A stretch of 64,000 nucleotides of DNA from NCBI GenBank assembly GCA_963707505.1, contig CAVPQB010000004.1, forward strand, positions 1,056,001-1,120,000, written 5' to 3'. The translations under genes were made by a program, and so were the position numbers. The stretch's first letter is position 1, and each line of letters starts with the position of its first letter. Below are positions 33,834 through 43,020 of this stretch, in pieces. A model generated the notes under the pieces. The model was not told the DNA's origin. It worked only from the letters and a program-made list of their open reading frames with translations, and did not search any database. This stretch comes from an uncultured Gemmatimonadales bacterium. GTDB lineage: Bacteria; Gemmatimonadota; Gemmatimonadetes; Gemmatimonadales; Gemmatimonadaceae.

Positions 33834-34585
33834 GGAAGATGATTCTCGCGACGCCGTTGGCGATGCTATTCGCCGGCTGCTTCGCAACACAATCGGACGT
33901 ACAGGTGCTGCAGGGTGACATCCGCACGATGCGCGGAGAACAGCTTGCCGCCGACTCCGCTCGCAAGATTCAGATCGATCGTGCGTTGGCGAGCATGCGT
34001 ACCGCGAACGACTCGCTCAACGCGTTGAGCACGCGCCTCACGCGGTTTCGCTCCGACATGACGTCGAGCATGACGTCGGTTCAACAGCAGCTCCTGCAAG
34101 TGCAGGAGTTGACGGGACAGAGCCAGCGCCGCATTCAGGAAGTTCGTGCGTCGCTCGAAGAGCGTCAGAGCGCGACCGCCGCACCGGATTCGACTGGAGC
34201 GCCCGCGACACCGGGACCCAACGCGTTGTTCCAGGTCGCGCGTGAGCAGATGATGCAGGGAAGCAACGCCGCCGCGCGTCAGGCCTTCCAGGATCTCATA
34301 GCCAAGTATCCCAAGTCGGATGTCGCGCCGGACGCCGCGTTCTACATCGCGGAGACGTACGCTGCGGAAAACAATACCGCCGCTGCCGATTCGGTATACG
34401 CGCAGGTAGCATCGAAGTACGCCGGCTCGCCGCGCGCCGCGACGGCAATCTACAAGCGCGGTGTTGCTGCACAGGCTGCTGGCAATGGCGATCAGGCGCG
34501 CGACCTGTTCAATCAGCTCATCAAGAAGTACCCGCGCTCCGACGAGGCTGCGCTGGCTCGGGATCGCATAAAGACGATCAAGTAG
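33830..34585 (+). CDS. cpoB: Tol-Pal associated CpoB/YbgF-like TPR protein (lipoprotein)
   Basis: Lipobox LFAGC, coiled coil, TPR C-terminus LIKKYPRSDEA; follows pal. Confidence 0.8.
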   Translation: MRKMILATPLAMLFAGCFATQSDVQVLQGDIRTMRGEQLAADSARKIQIDRALASMRTANDSLNALSTRLTRFRSDMTSSMTSVQQQLLQVQELTGQSQRRIQEVRASLEERQSATAAPDSTGAPATPGPNALFQVAREQMMQGSNAAARQAFQDLIAKYPKSDVAPDAAFYIAETYAAENNTAAADSVYAQVASKYAGSPRAATAIYKRGVAAQAAGNGDQARDLFNQLIKKYPRSDEAALARDRIKTIK

Positions 34586-34600
34586 CAGGCGGAGGCGATC

Positions 34601-35462
34601 GTGGCTAGGCGTCGCACGGCTGGGGGGATGGCCGAGATGGCGTTCCTCGATCACCTCGAGGAGCTGCGCCAGCGACTGTTCAGATGTGCCGCGGCGTTCG
34701 CGTTCGGCGCGATCATCGCCTTCCTGCTGTTCACGCAGGTGCCGCACTTCGACGTGATCGAGTTCCTTTCACGACCGATCACGCCGTACCTGCACGGCGC
34801 CAAGCTGATCTACCTGCATCCAGGCGATGCCTTTCAGATAGTGCTCGACGCCGGATTCGCGCTGGCGTTCATCATCGCGTCGCCGGTCATTCTGTACCAG
34901 CTGTGGGGATTCGTCTCCCCGGCGATGTATTCGCACGAGAAGAAGCTCGTAGTTCCGGTACTAGGCGGCATAGTCGTGCTGTTCATCGCCGGTGTGGCGA
35001 TGGCGTTCACGTTGATCCTGCCGATGACCATCAAGTTCCTGGTCGGCGTTGAGTCATCCGCGCTTCAACCCATGATCGCCGCGTCGGAATACTTCGGCTT
35101 CGCGATCTACATGTGCCTCGCATTCGGCGCCGCGTTCGAGCTTCCGATCGTGATAATGGGACTCACTGCACTCGGTCTGACCAACCCAAACTTCCTGGCC
35201 AGGTACCGGCGATACGCGGCGGTTGGCGGACTGATCGTCGGCTGCTTCATCACGCCAGACCCGACCGCGATGTTTGCGATCGCGATCCCGATGTATGGAC
35301 TGTTCGAGCTCAGCATCGTACTGTCACGCATGGTTTACAAGTGGCGTCAGCGACCTGAAGCGGGGGACGACAGCGGATCCATCGATGAGCCGCCGCCTCC
35401 GCCCCCGCCGCCCACCGCCGCCGGTTCGGGATGCACCGCGCCGGCTCGGAGCGCCGGCGTGA
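34601..35462 (+). CDS. tatC: Twin-arginine translocase subunit TatC (true stop probably 35462; +1 error in the poly-Pro tract)
   Basis: MAFLDHLEELRQRL, YQLWGFVSPAMY..EK, FELP, FITPDP; removing one C near 35412 gives ...PPPVRDAPRRLGAPA* with a GTGA overlap on the next gene. Confidence 0.88.
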
Positions 35463-38458
35463 TTCGGATATCGCGCTACGCGATTATTGTGGCCGCGCTC
35501 GGAACGGGCGCGGCTTCGGTCGTCGGCGCGCAGGTGGTCGATAGCGCAGCGCGAAAGTCGGTGCGCGATACTGTGCCCAAAGCGGTGGCGCGCGATACGA
35601 CGTTGAAACGCGACACGACCGTCCGGCGCGACACAACGGCCCGCGACAGCACGCGTCGCGACACGATTCCACAAGCAGCACCGCTTGTCACCTGGTCGTC
35701 GGACTCCGACTCGGTTGCGGCGGCACTCATGAAGAGACCCGGGTTTCGCGCCACACGGTATCAGGGCGACAACGTGGTGTTCGATGCGCTGGCCAAGGCA
35801 CTTCGAATCCACGGCAAGCCGGCAGCGGTCGGTCGCGACCAGACCATCGTGATCGGTGACACGGTGCTCTACAATGATTCAACCAAATTCGTGACCGCGA
35901 TGGGCGACACGGTGATTCTGCACGATCCGTCCCAGCAGACAGCGGACGTGATCGCGAAGGGCAAAGTCACGTACAATACCGCACAGGGCCGCGGTACCGC
36001 GACGAATATCAGCACGTCTGTCGAGAGCGGCCAACGCTATTATCTATCCGGCAAGGAGACTGCTTTCGTTCGCGATACCACGCCCGCAAAACGCAGCGCC
36101 TATTACGTACGCAACGGTATCATCACGAGCTGTGACGACAGCGTTCCGGACTATTACTTCAAGTCGGGCGAGATCAAGTTCGTCTCGAAGAACCTGCTCG
36201 TCGCACGTCCCGCGACGCTGTATGTTGGTGGCGTTCCGGTCTTCTGGCTTCCGTTCCTTTTTCAGGATGTGCGCAACGGACGGCGTAGCGGCATCCTCAC
36301 CCCACGTTTCGGGCTCAGTGAATTCGTCCGCAACAGCTCCGCGTATCGACGCCATGTCGAGAACATCGGCTATTACGCAAACCTCGGCGATTACATGGAC
36401 GCCGAGGCGTGGTACGACTGGCGAAGTAGTGCACGCGGAACGCTGTCGGATCCAGGCTTCTCGCGCGTCAATGGTCAGTTCAGATATCGGTGGCTGGACC
36501 GCTTCATCACCGGCGGAATTGCGGCGAATCACCTTGCGCAGCCGGGCGGAGCCAGCAATACCGCGGTCACATGGTATCACTCGCAGGAATTTTCGTCGAC
36601 CAGCCGCTTCAGTGCGAACGTCAACTTCACCACCAATACAACGGTGTTGCAGCGAACCACGTTCAATCCGCAGCAGCAGCTCTCGGCGATCAGTTCCGAC
36701 GTCCGCTACAGCAGGAAGGTAGGACCCTTTTCCATGGATCTGGGCGGACATCGCGATCAGTACTCCGGACGCACGCAGATCCAGGAGAACTATCCGACGC
36801 TCAGCGTTACCAGTCCAGCCATCGCGCTTACGAACTGGCTCGACTGGACACCGAGCCTCAGCTTCCAGCGTCAGGCCAAGGTCAACATGGACGAGTCGCA
36901 GGCCCTGTTCTACCGCTATTTCACGAACTCGGCCGGCGTATCGGACAGCTCGCGGATCAAGGCGTCGGAAACGACCCAGTCGACGGCATTCGCGACGCCG
37001 ATAAGCATCCACGGATTCCGGCTCGATCTCTCGGGCAATGTACAGAGTCTTGATCTCGACCATCCTGTAACGCGCACATTCATAAGTCAGACCGACACCA
37101 GCCAACGTTTCAACCGGACGTTCGCGCGATCCGCGACGAATCAGGCCGACTTCAATTTCGCGTTCAGCCTGCCGGGCTTTTTCCCCGGCACGCTGAATCT
37201 CAACCCATCCGTTTCGTTTTCCAACGTTTACAGCGGCTCCTACTGGGTTCAGTCCGAGTTCTCGAACGGTCAGTGGGTCCATCAGAGCAAGCGCCCGATG
37301 TTCTCGATCGGCGTATCGCCCACGTTGTTCGCGTTGTTCCCCGGAATCGGACCGATCACGCGCATTCGCCACTCGATCACTCCGCGTATCAGCTTTGGAT
37401 ATGCGCCTGCCGGTAATGTTCCGGCAGCGTATCTCGCCGCAATCAACCACTCGGCCAGCAACTTCCTCGGCAATCTTCCGCAGAATCAGATTACCTTCGG
37501 CCTCACGCAGGTGTTCGAGGCCAAGCTGCGGTCCGACACTGGCGCGTCCGACGAGGGACGCAAGATCAAGCTTCTCGGATTGGACTTCTCAGCCCTCACG
37601 TGGGACTTCCAGCGCGCAAAGGAGACTCACCGCACCGGGCTCACCACGAACTCCTTCACCTACAGCGCAACGTCGGATCTGCTTCCGGGATTCAGTTTCA
37701 ACAGCACGTACTCGCTCTTTCAGGGTGACACGCAGAGCGATACGGCACAGTTCAAGCCGTTCCGGGAAGGCATCAACGCCTCGTTCACGCTCAACGGAAA
37801 GACAGGAATCGTCGGCGCGATAAGCCGGTTGTTCGGACACGCGCCACCATCCTCCACGCAGCCGACCCAGACTGTGGAGCAGAGCGAACAGGATCAGCTC
37901 GCCTCGCGACTCTCATCAATGCCGGTAGCAGGTAGCTACAGACGCGACATGCAATATGCGATCGACGATACGCAGGGATGGTCGAGCCAGATCACCTTCG
38001 CTTCGACGCGCCAACGTCCTCCCATCGGCGGTCATGTCATCAACTTCGATCCGACGCTGGTGTGCGCGCCGTATTCCTCCAATCCGATCCTGTTCGAGCA
38101 GTGCCGGCAGACCACGCTGCTCAATCCGCAGACTACGGTCAACAACACCAACGATCCGATCGGAGGCGGCGTCTTCGTTCGCGTTCCGCCACGCGAGACG
38201 TTGAACGCGAACACCACCTTCCACATCACGCAGAAATGGTCCGCCAGTTGGGGCACATTGTACGACGTTGTAAATCACGCGTTCGCGAGCAACCAGGTGA
38301 CGCTCCAGCGTGACCTGCACGACTGGCGCGCGATCTTCTCGTTCAGCCAGAGTCCCAATGGCAACTCGTACTTCAGCTTCATGATTGGCAACAAGGCCCA
38401 GCCGGACCTCAAGTTCAACTACGACAAGCCCACGTACCGGCAGCAGGATATTCGTTAA
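35459..38458 (+). CDS. lptD: Putative LPS-assembly protein LptD-like outer membrane protein
   Basis: Signal-like N-terminus, ITSCD..PDYYF, VPVFWLPF, RRSGILTP, beta-rich body, LQRDLHDW near the C-terminus. Confidence 0.75.
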   Translation: MIRISRYAIIVAALGTGAASVVGAQVVDSAARKSVRDTVPKAVARDTTLKRDTTVRRDTTARDSTRRDTIPQAAPLVTWSSDSDSVAAALMKRPGFRATRYQGDNVVFDALAKALRIHGKPAAVGRDQTIVIGDTVLYNDSTKFVTAMGDTVILHDPSQQTADVIAKGKVTYNTAQGRGTATNISTSVESGQRYYLSGKETAFVRDTTPAKRSAYYVRNGIITSCDDSVPDYYFKSGEIKFVSKNLLVARPATLYVGGVPVFWLPFLFQDVRNGRRSGILTPRFGLSEFVRNSSAYRRHVENIGYYANLGDYMDAEAWYDWRSSARGTLSDPGFSRVNGQFRYRWLDRFITGGIAANHLAQPGGASNTAVTWYHSQEFSSTSRFSANVNFTTNTTVLQRTTFNPQQQLSAISSDVRYSRKVGPFSMDLGGHRDQYSGRTQIQENYPTLSVTSPAIALTNWLDWTPSLSFQRQAKVNMDESQALFYRYFTNSAGVSDSSRIKASETTQSTAFATPISIHGFRLDLSGNVQSLDLDHPVTRTFISQTDTSQRFNRTFARSATNQADFNFAFSLPGFFPGTLNLNPSVSFSNVYSGSYWVQSEFSNGQWVHQSKRPMFSIGVSPTLFALFPGIGPITRIRHSITPRISFGYAPAGNVPAAYLAAINHSASNFLGNLPQNQITFGLTQVFEAKLRSDTGASDEGRKIKLLGLDFSALTWDFQRAKETHRTGLTTNSFTYSATSDLLPGFSFNSTYSLFQGDTQSDTAQFKPFREGINASFTLNGKTGIVGAISRLFGHAPPSSTQPTQTVEQSEQDQLASRLSSMPVAGSYRRDMQYAIDDTQGWSSQITFASTRQRPPIGGHVINFDPTLVCAPYSSNPILFEQCRQTTLLNPQTTVNNTNDPIGGGVFVRVPPRETLNANTTFHITQKWSASWGTLYDVVNHAFASNQVTLQRDLHDWRAIFSFSQSPNGNSYFSFMIGNKAQPDLKFNYDKPTYRQQDIR

Positions 38459-38461
38459 CCG

Positions 38462-39457
38462 TTGTTATCAGCTCGCTTCGCGCCGTGGGACGTACCGATT
38501 TTCCTGGCCAAATACGCTTACCTCACACTGGTCAGGAAGCCGATCCTCGTACACTTCGAGGTGACGCTCCGCTGTAATGCACACTGCGGATTCTGCGACT
38601 ACTGGAAAACCGATTCCTCCGAGCGTGACAACGAGGTCAAGAGCTTCGCGGACGCGGCGCGCTTCTTCAATCCGATGATGATCACGTGGACCGGCGGAGA
38701 GCCCACGTTGCGACGGGATCTCGAAGATCTCGTCTCGGCGGTCGATCGCGCGATTCGTGTCAAGTACATGACGCTCATCACCCACGGCGGGATGCTCACG
38801 CCCGAGCGCGCACAATCCCTGTGGGATGCGGGGATCAATCAATTCAACATCTCGCTCGATTTTCTGGATGCGCGGCACGACGACGCGCGCGGCATTCCAG
38901 GGCTCGTCGACAGGATCATGCACAACGTACCCGCGATGCGCGAGCGTGGAATCGACGCGATCCGTTTCAACACCGTCATCAAGCGGTCCAACGTCGGCGA
39001 GCTTGTTTCGATCGTGCGCCGTGCCGCCGAGCTCGGCGTTGGTGTCAACTTCAGCTGCTACACCGACAGCAAGAACGGCAACGCCGACGGACTGATACCG
39101 GAATCCGAAGTCAGGCATCTCGAAGAGGTCATCGCCGAGCTCCTCGCGTTCAAGCGCGAGCGCCGCGGCATCATCACCAATTCGGATTATTACCTCGAGC
39201 AGATCCCCCGGTACGTCCGCGGGGAAACGTCCGAGCCATGCCGGTCGGGCATCCGAACGATCCATATCGACCCGGCCGGCTACGTTAAGCGCTGCCCGGA
39301 TTTCCCGGTCGACTTCCACTGGCGTGACTTCCGGAAGTATGAACCAGTCAACTGTAACGCATGCTACTACGCGTGCCGCGGCGAGGCTCAGGCGCCATTA
39401 CGGCTGTCCCGGATCCGTGATGTCATGGCATCTCCGCTCGATCACCAGACCACTTAA
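38462..39457 (+). CDS. Radical SAM protein with Cys-rich (SPASM/twitch-like) C-terminus
   Basis: CNAHCGFC, TGGEP, NISLD; C-terminal PCRSG..KRCPD..CNACYYAC. Confidence 0.88.
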   Translation: MLSARFAPWDVPIFLAKYAYLTLVRKPILVHFEVTLRCNAHCGFCDYWKTDSSERDNEVKSFADAARFFNPMMITWTGGEPTLRRDLEDLVSAVDRAIRVKYMTLITHGGMLTPERAQSLWDAGINQFNISLDFLDARHDDARGIPGLVDRIMHNVPAMRERGIDAIRFNTVIKRSNVGELVSIVRRAAELGVGVNFSCYTDSKNGNADGLIPESEVRHLEEVIAELLAFKRERRGIITNSDYYLEQIPRYVRGETSEPCRSGIRTIHIDPAGYVKRCPDFPVDFHWRDFRKYEPVNCNACYYACRGEAQAPLRLSRIRDVMASPLDHQTT

Positions 39458-39509
39458 AGGACCGGTCATTCTGGCCGACCCCACGCGTTCTCGTTAACTT
39501 CCCCTTGAA

Positions 39510-41285
39510 ATGTCCAAGTCCGCCCAGCTCAAGAGGAAGGCTGCCGAATTCGAGCAGAAACGACAGTACGATCGTGCCCTCACGTCATACGCGCAGGCCA
39601 TAGAGGCTGCGGCCGGAATCCCCGACGAGCTGGATATTCCGCTGTACAACCGGGTGGGCGACCTCCACCTGCGCATGGGCGAGCTCGACAAGGCAGTTGC
39701 GTACTACGAGACCGCCGTGGACCTGTACGCGGAAGGTGGCTTCTTCAACAACGCCATCGCTCTCTGCAACAAGGTGCTCCGTCACGCACCTGGCCGGTCG
39801 GTCATTTACTACAAGCTCGGGAAGATCAGCGCCAAAAAGGGCTTCAATTCCGACGCAAAGCAGAATTTCCTGGAGTACGCCGCCCGGATGGAGAAGGCCG
39901 GCGACATAAGCGAGGCCTTCCGCGCCCTCAAGGAATTCGCCGATCTCTGCCCCGGTCAGGATGACGTCCGCCTCATGCTGGCAGAGCAGTTGGCGCGCGC
40001 GGGTCGTACGCAGGAGGCGCTCGAGCAGCTCCAGATCGTTCACGAGGCGATGCTTTCCGAGGATCGCAGCGCAGAGGCTGCCGCGACGCTGGAACGTATC
40101 CGCACCCTCGATCCGGACTTCGCGCCACAGATCGGCATGTCGCGCCAGGAAGCCAAGCGGGAAGGCCTGGTCTTCCTCGATGTCGATTATGGCAAACATG
40201 GAGCAAAGCATTCCGATGCGACCGAGGACTCCGTGTCCCGTCCTCTCTCCGCGCAGGGATTCGACGACGTCGAGCTGCCATCGCCGGCCGATGCCCGTTC
40301 CGAGCGAACCCTGGATGAGTCGCCGCTCGCTGGCCTGACTCCTCTCGAAGACCCTCTGACGTCGATGATCTCCGAGCAGGCACGCGGCCCGGGACCGACT
40401 ATGGACGAGTTCGAGGCGACCTCGTTCGCTACGAATGGGCCGGATCCCGAGATCAAGCCGCTCGCGATCGAGCACACCTCATACGACACGTTTTCACCGG
40501 CGCCGGCCGCTGACGAGTCGGCATTGGCCGCTACGGCCGATGAGTCGGCCACCGACAGCGATGAGCCGCCCACGGTCACCGACCACACCGACCAATCCAT
40601 GGCCGACGCGCTTACCGGGTATGTCGCGTCGCTGTCGAGCGATGTCGGTGAGATGCAGGGCGGTTTGCCCGATGATCTCGGCGTTCTTCCCGTTGATGCA
40701 GTTCGTGAGGAGCAGGCGGCGTCGCAGAAAGCCGCACGCACCGATGATGATTTCGTCGACCTCAACGAATGGCTTCTGGAGGGCGAACCCCCCATGAATC
40801 CGCGCATGACCGCGGAAGAAGAAGCGAAGACACCGGGCGACGTCCAGACGGATTTCTCGGAGATGCTCGAGACGTTCAAGGCCGGCGTCGCCGCCAACGT
40901 CGATGAGAGCGATTCTGACAGCCATTACGATCTTGGCGTCGCGTACATGGAGATGGGATTGTTCGACGAAGCAATCGCGCAGTTCCAGAAAGCGATGCGC
41001 GGCGACGCATCTCCTGAGCGACGCGTCCGCGCATACGAGTCGCTCGGGCAGAGCTTCATCGAGAAGAATGAGTATCAGGTGGCGATCAGCTCGCTCGGCG
41101 GCGCACTCAAGGAATCGGGTCTCAACGACACCAAGCTCGTGGGCGTGCTGTACCTGCTCGGCTACGCAAACGAGAAGCTGGAACAGTGGCAGCCCGCTGA
41201 AGGTTACTACCGCCGTGTTTTCGCGGTGGACATTCACTTCCGCGATATCGGTGAGCGACTGAAACGCGCCGAGCAAATGGCGTGA
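39510..41285 (+). CDS. TPR protein with long acidic linker and C-terminal TPR module
   Basis: N-terminal TPRs (YNRVGDLHLRMG), D/E/P-rich middle, SHYDLGVAYMEMGLFDEAIAQFQKA. Confidence 0.8.
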   Translation: MSKSAQLKRKAAEFEQKRQYDRALTSYAQAIEAAAGIPDELDIPLYNRVGDLHLRMGELDKAVAYYETAVDLYAEGGFFNNAIALCNKVLRHAPGRSVIYYKLGKISAKKGFNSDAKQNFLEYAARMEKAGDISEAFRALKEFADLCPGQDDVRLMLAEQLARAGRTQEALEQLQIVHEAMLSEDRSAEAAATLERIRTLDPDFAPQIGMSRQEAKREGLVFLDVDYGKHGAKHSDATEDSVSRPLSAQGFDDVELPSPADARSERTLDESPLAGLTPLEDPLTSMISEQARGPGPTMDEFEATSFATNGPDPEIKPLAIEHTSYDTFSPAPAADESALAATADESATDSDEPPTVTDHTDQSMADALTGYVASLSSDVGEMQGGLPDDLGVLPVDAVREEQAASQKAARTDDDFVDLNEWLLEGEPPMNPRMTAEEEAKTPGDVQTDFSEMLETFKAGVAANVDESDSDSHYDLGVAYMEMGLFDEAIAQFQKAMRGDASPERRVRAYESLGQSFIEKNEYQVAISSLGGALKESGLNDTKLVGVLYLLGYANEKLEQWQPAEGYYRRVFAVDIHFRDIGERLKRAEQMA

Positions 41286-42303
41286 CGGCGCGCTCCATCG
41301 ACGCGCCAGAGGCGAGTGACGCTCTGCGCGTCGTGACGCTGGACGAGGTGCAGGCGCCAGTGCGTGACGACCTGGAGCAGGTTCGCGAAGAGATGGAGCA
41401 GGCCATCACGCGCGACATTCCCATGCTTGCGATCGCCGCGCGGCATCTCCTTGCGATGAAAGGGAAGATGTTTCGCCCCACGCTCGTGCTGCTCTCCAGT
41501 CACACCGCCGGCACGCCGACACGCGATGCAGTCGTCGTCGCATCCGTCGTCGAGATGGTGCATCTCGCCACGCTGGTCCATGATGACGCTGTCGATCATT
41601 CCATGCTGCGCCGCGGCATGCCGACGATCAACTCGTTGTTCAGCGATCAGATCTCGGTGATCATGGGTGACTTTCTGTACTCGACAGCGCTCACGCAGCT
41701 CGTCGCGCTCGACAACATGGCTGCGATACGCGCGCTCGTAGACGCATCGACGCAGATGTCGGTCGGCGAACTGTCGCAGCTCTCGACGATCGAGCCGCTC
41801 AGCTTTTCCGAAGACGATTACGAATTTCTGATCCGGTCCAAGACGGCGTCATTGATCGTCGGCGGCATGTCGCGTGGGCGCGATGTGCGGCGCTCCAGCG
41901 CATGCGGAAGCACTTGCCGAGTACGGCGATGCGCTTGGAATGGTGTTCCAGATCACCGACGACCTGATCGACTACACCGAAGCGTCCGAAACGACGGGCA
42001 AGCCCAGCGGACTGGATCTGCGAGAGCACAAGGTCACGTTGCCGTTGATCGCCGCTCTTCGATCGATGTCCGCCACCGAGCGGAGTCGCGTCAACGCGCT
42101 GTTCCAGGTAACCGATCCCGCCGAGGACGATGTCGCAGACGTAGCGCGGATCGTTGTGGAGCGGGGCGGGCTTGGAGTACGCGCGTCAACGAGCCGGCGA
42201 GTATGCCGAAAGGGCGCGAAGCGCATTACTTGGCCTTCCAGCAACGGCCGCCCGGGACGCTCTCGGTGCGGCTATCTTCTACGTAATGGAGCGACACGCC
42301 TGA
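41282..42303 (+). CDS. Polyprenyl diphosphate synthase; +1 frameshifts near 41865 and 42170
   Basis: GKMFRP, first Asp-rich motif LVHDDAVD..RRG, KTA, second motif FQITDDLID in the next frame; ends MERHA*. Confidence 0.9.
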
Positions 42304-42584
42304 TGCCACCGCGCGGAGCCGCCCGGAAGGGCGCATTCTTCTACGGAATGGTCCTTTCAACGGGATTCATCGCGGGCGGCCTGCTGACGCAGGTTGCCCG
42401 GCGCTTCCTGCCGCCGAGCGCGGTCAAGGAATTCTTCACGACAGGGGTGACACCGGCGTTTGGACCCCTGACCGTGGATCTCGTGATCCTCAAATTCGCC
42501 ATCGGACCCGTGGCGGTCGATGTGTCACTTTTGAGTCTGCTTGGTGTACTTCTGGCATATCTGATTGCACGCTCGTTATTTTAG
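42303..42584 (+). CDS. Small membrane protein (DUF4321-like)
   Basis: ATG overlaps the upstream TGA; two hydrophobic segments flanking TVDLVILKFAIG. Confidence 0.6.
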   Translation: MPPRGAARKGAFFYGMVLSTGFIAGGLLTQVARRFLPPSAVKEFFTTGVTPAFGPLTVDLVILKFAIGPVAVDVSLLSLLGVLLAYLIARSLF

Positions 42585-42636
42585 AGCGGCTATATGCATG
42601 GCGTAGGCAGCGAACTTTTTTCCCCGTCAGGGAGTT

Positions 42637-42907
42637 ATGGAAATGCCGCATTTCAGCTTCATGGAACTGGTCATCATCATGGTGGTGATCCTGCTTCTGT
42701 TCGGCGCCAAACGCATTCCTGAGATTGCCGGGCTCCGTCGGCAAGGGAATCAAGGAGTTCAAGAAGGAGATGAACGACATCGAGCGGAACGTGACGAACC
42801 GCGATGCCGGCCCTCCGCCGCGCCTCACCTCTGAAGATTTGCAGCGTCCATCGACGTCTCAGACCACAGAGTCGGAGCCGCAGCGCGAGCCGCGCAGATT
42901 GATCTAG
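42637..42907 (+). CDS. tatA: Twin-arginine translocase TatA/E subunit; +1 frameshift near 42730
   Basis: ELVIIMVVILLLFGAKRIPEIA then SVGKGIKEFKKEM in the next frame. Confidence 0.88.
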
Positions 42908-42935
42908 CGCGCGTTAAGAAAGCAGAAAGATTTTG

Positions 42936-42975
42936 AAAAGGGGGATGAGCGGCAATTCGCTCATCCCCCTTTTTT
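42936..42975. terminator. Bidirectional intrinsic terminator
   Basis: AAAAGGGGGATGAGCG-loop-CGCTCATCCCCCTTTTTT between convergent tatA and PPIase genes. Confidence 0.85.
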
Positions 42976-43020
42976 ACGGACCATGTCGTCATCTGCCCGA
43001 CCGTGGTCATCCCCCCATCA

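Noticed and set aside
34601..38458. Apparent 1285-aa TatC-LptD fusion in the ORF track
   Set aside because: Deleting one C in the poly-Pro tract (~35412) restores a TatC stop at 35462 overlapping the LptD GTG (GTGA), consistent with the window-wide +1 error pattern
41874..42584. Apparent polyprenyl synthase-DUF4321 fusion
   Set aside because: A second +1 shift near 42170 explains it; the synthase ends naturally at TGA 42303 overlapping the next ATG
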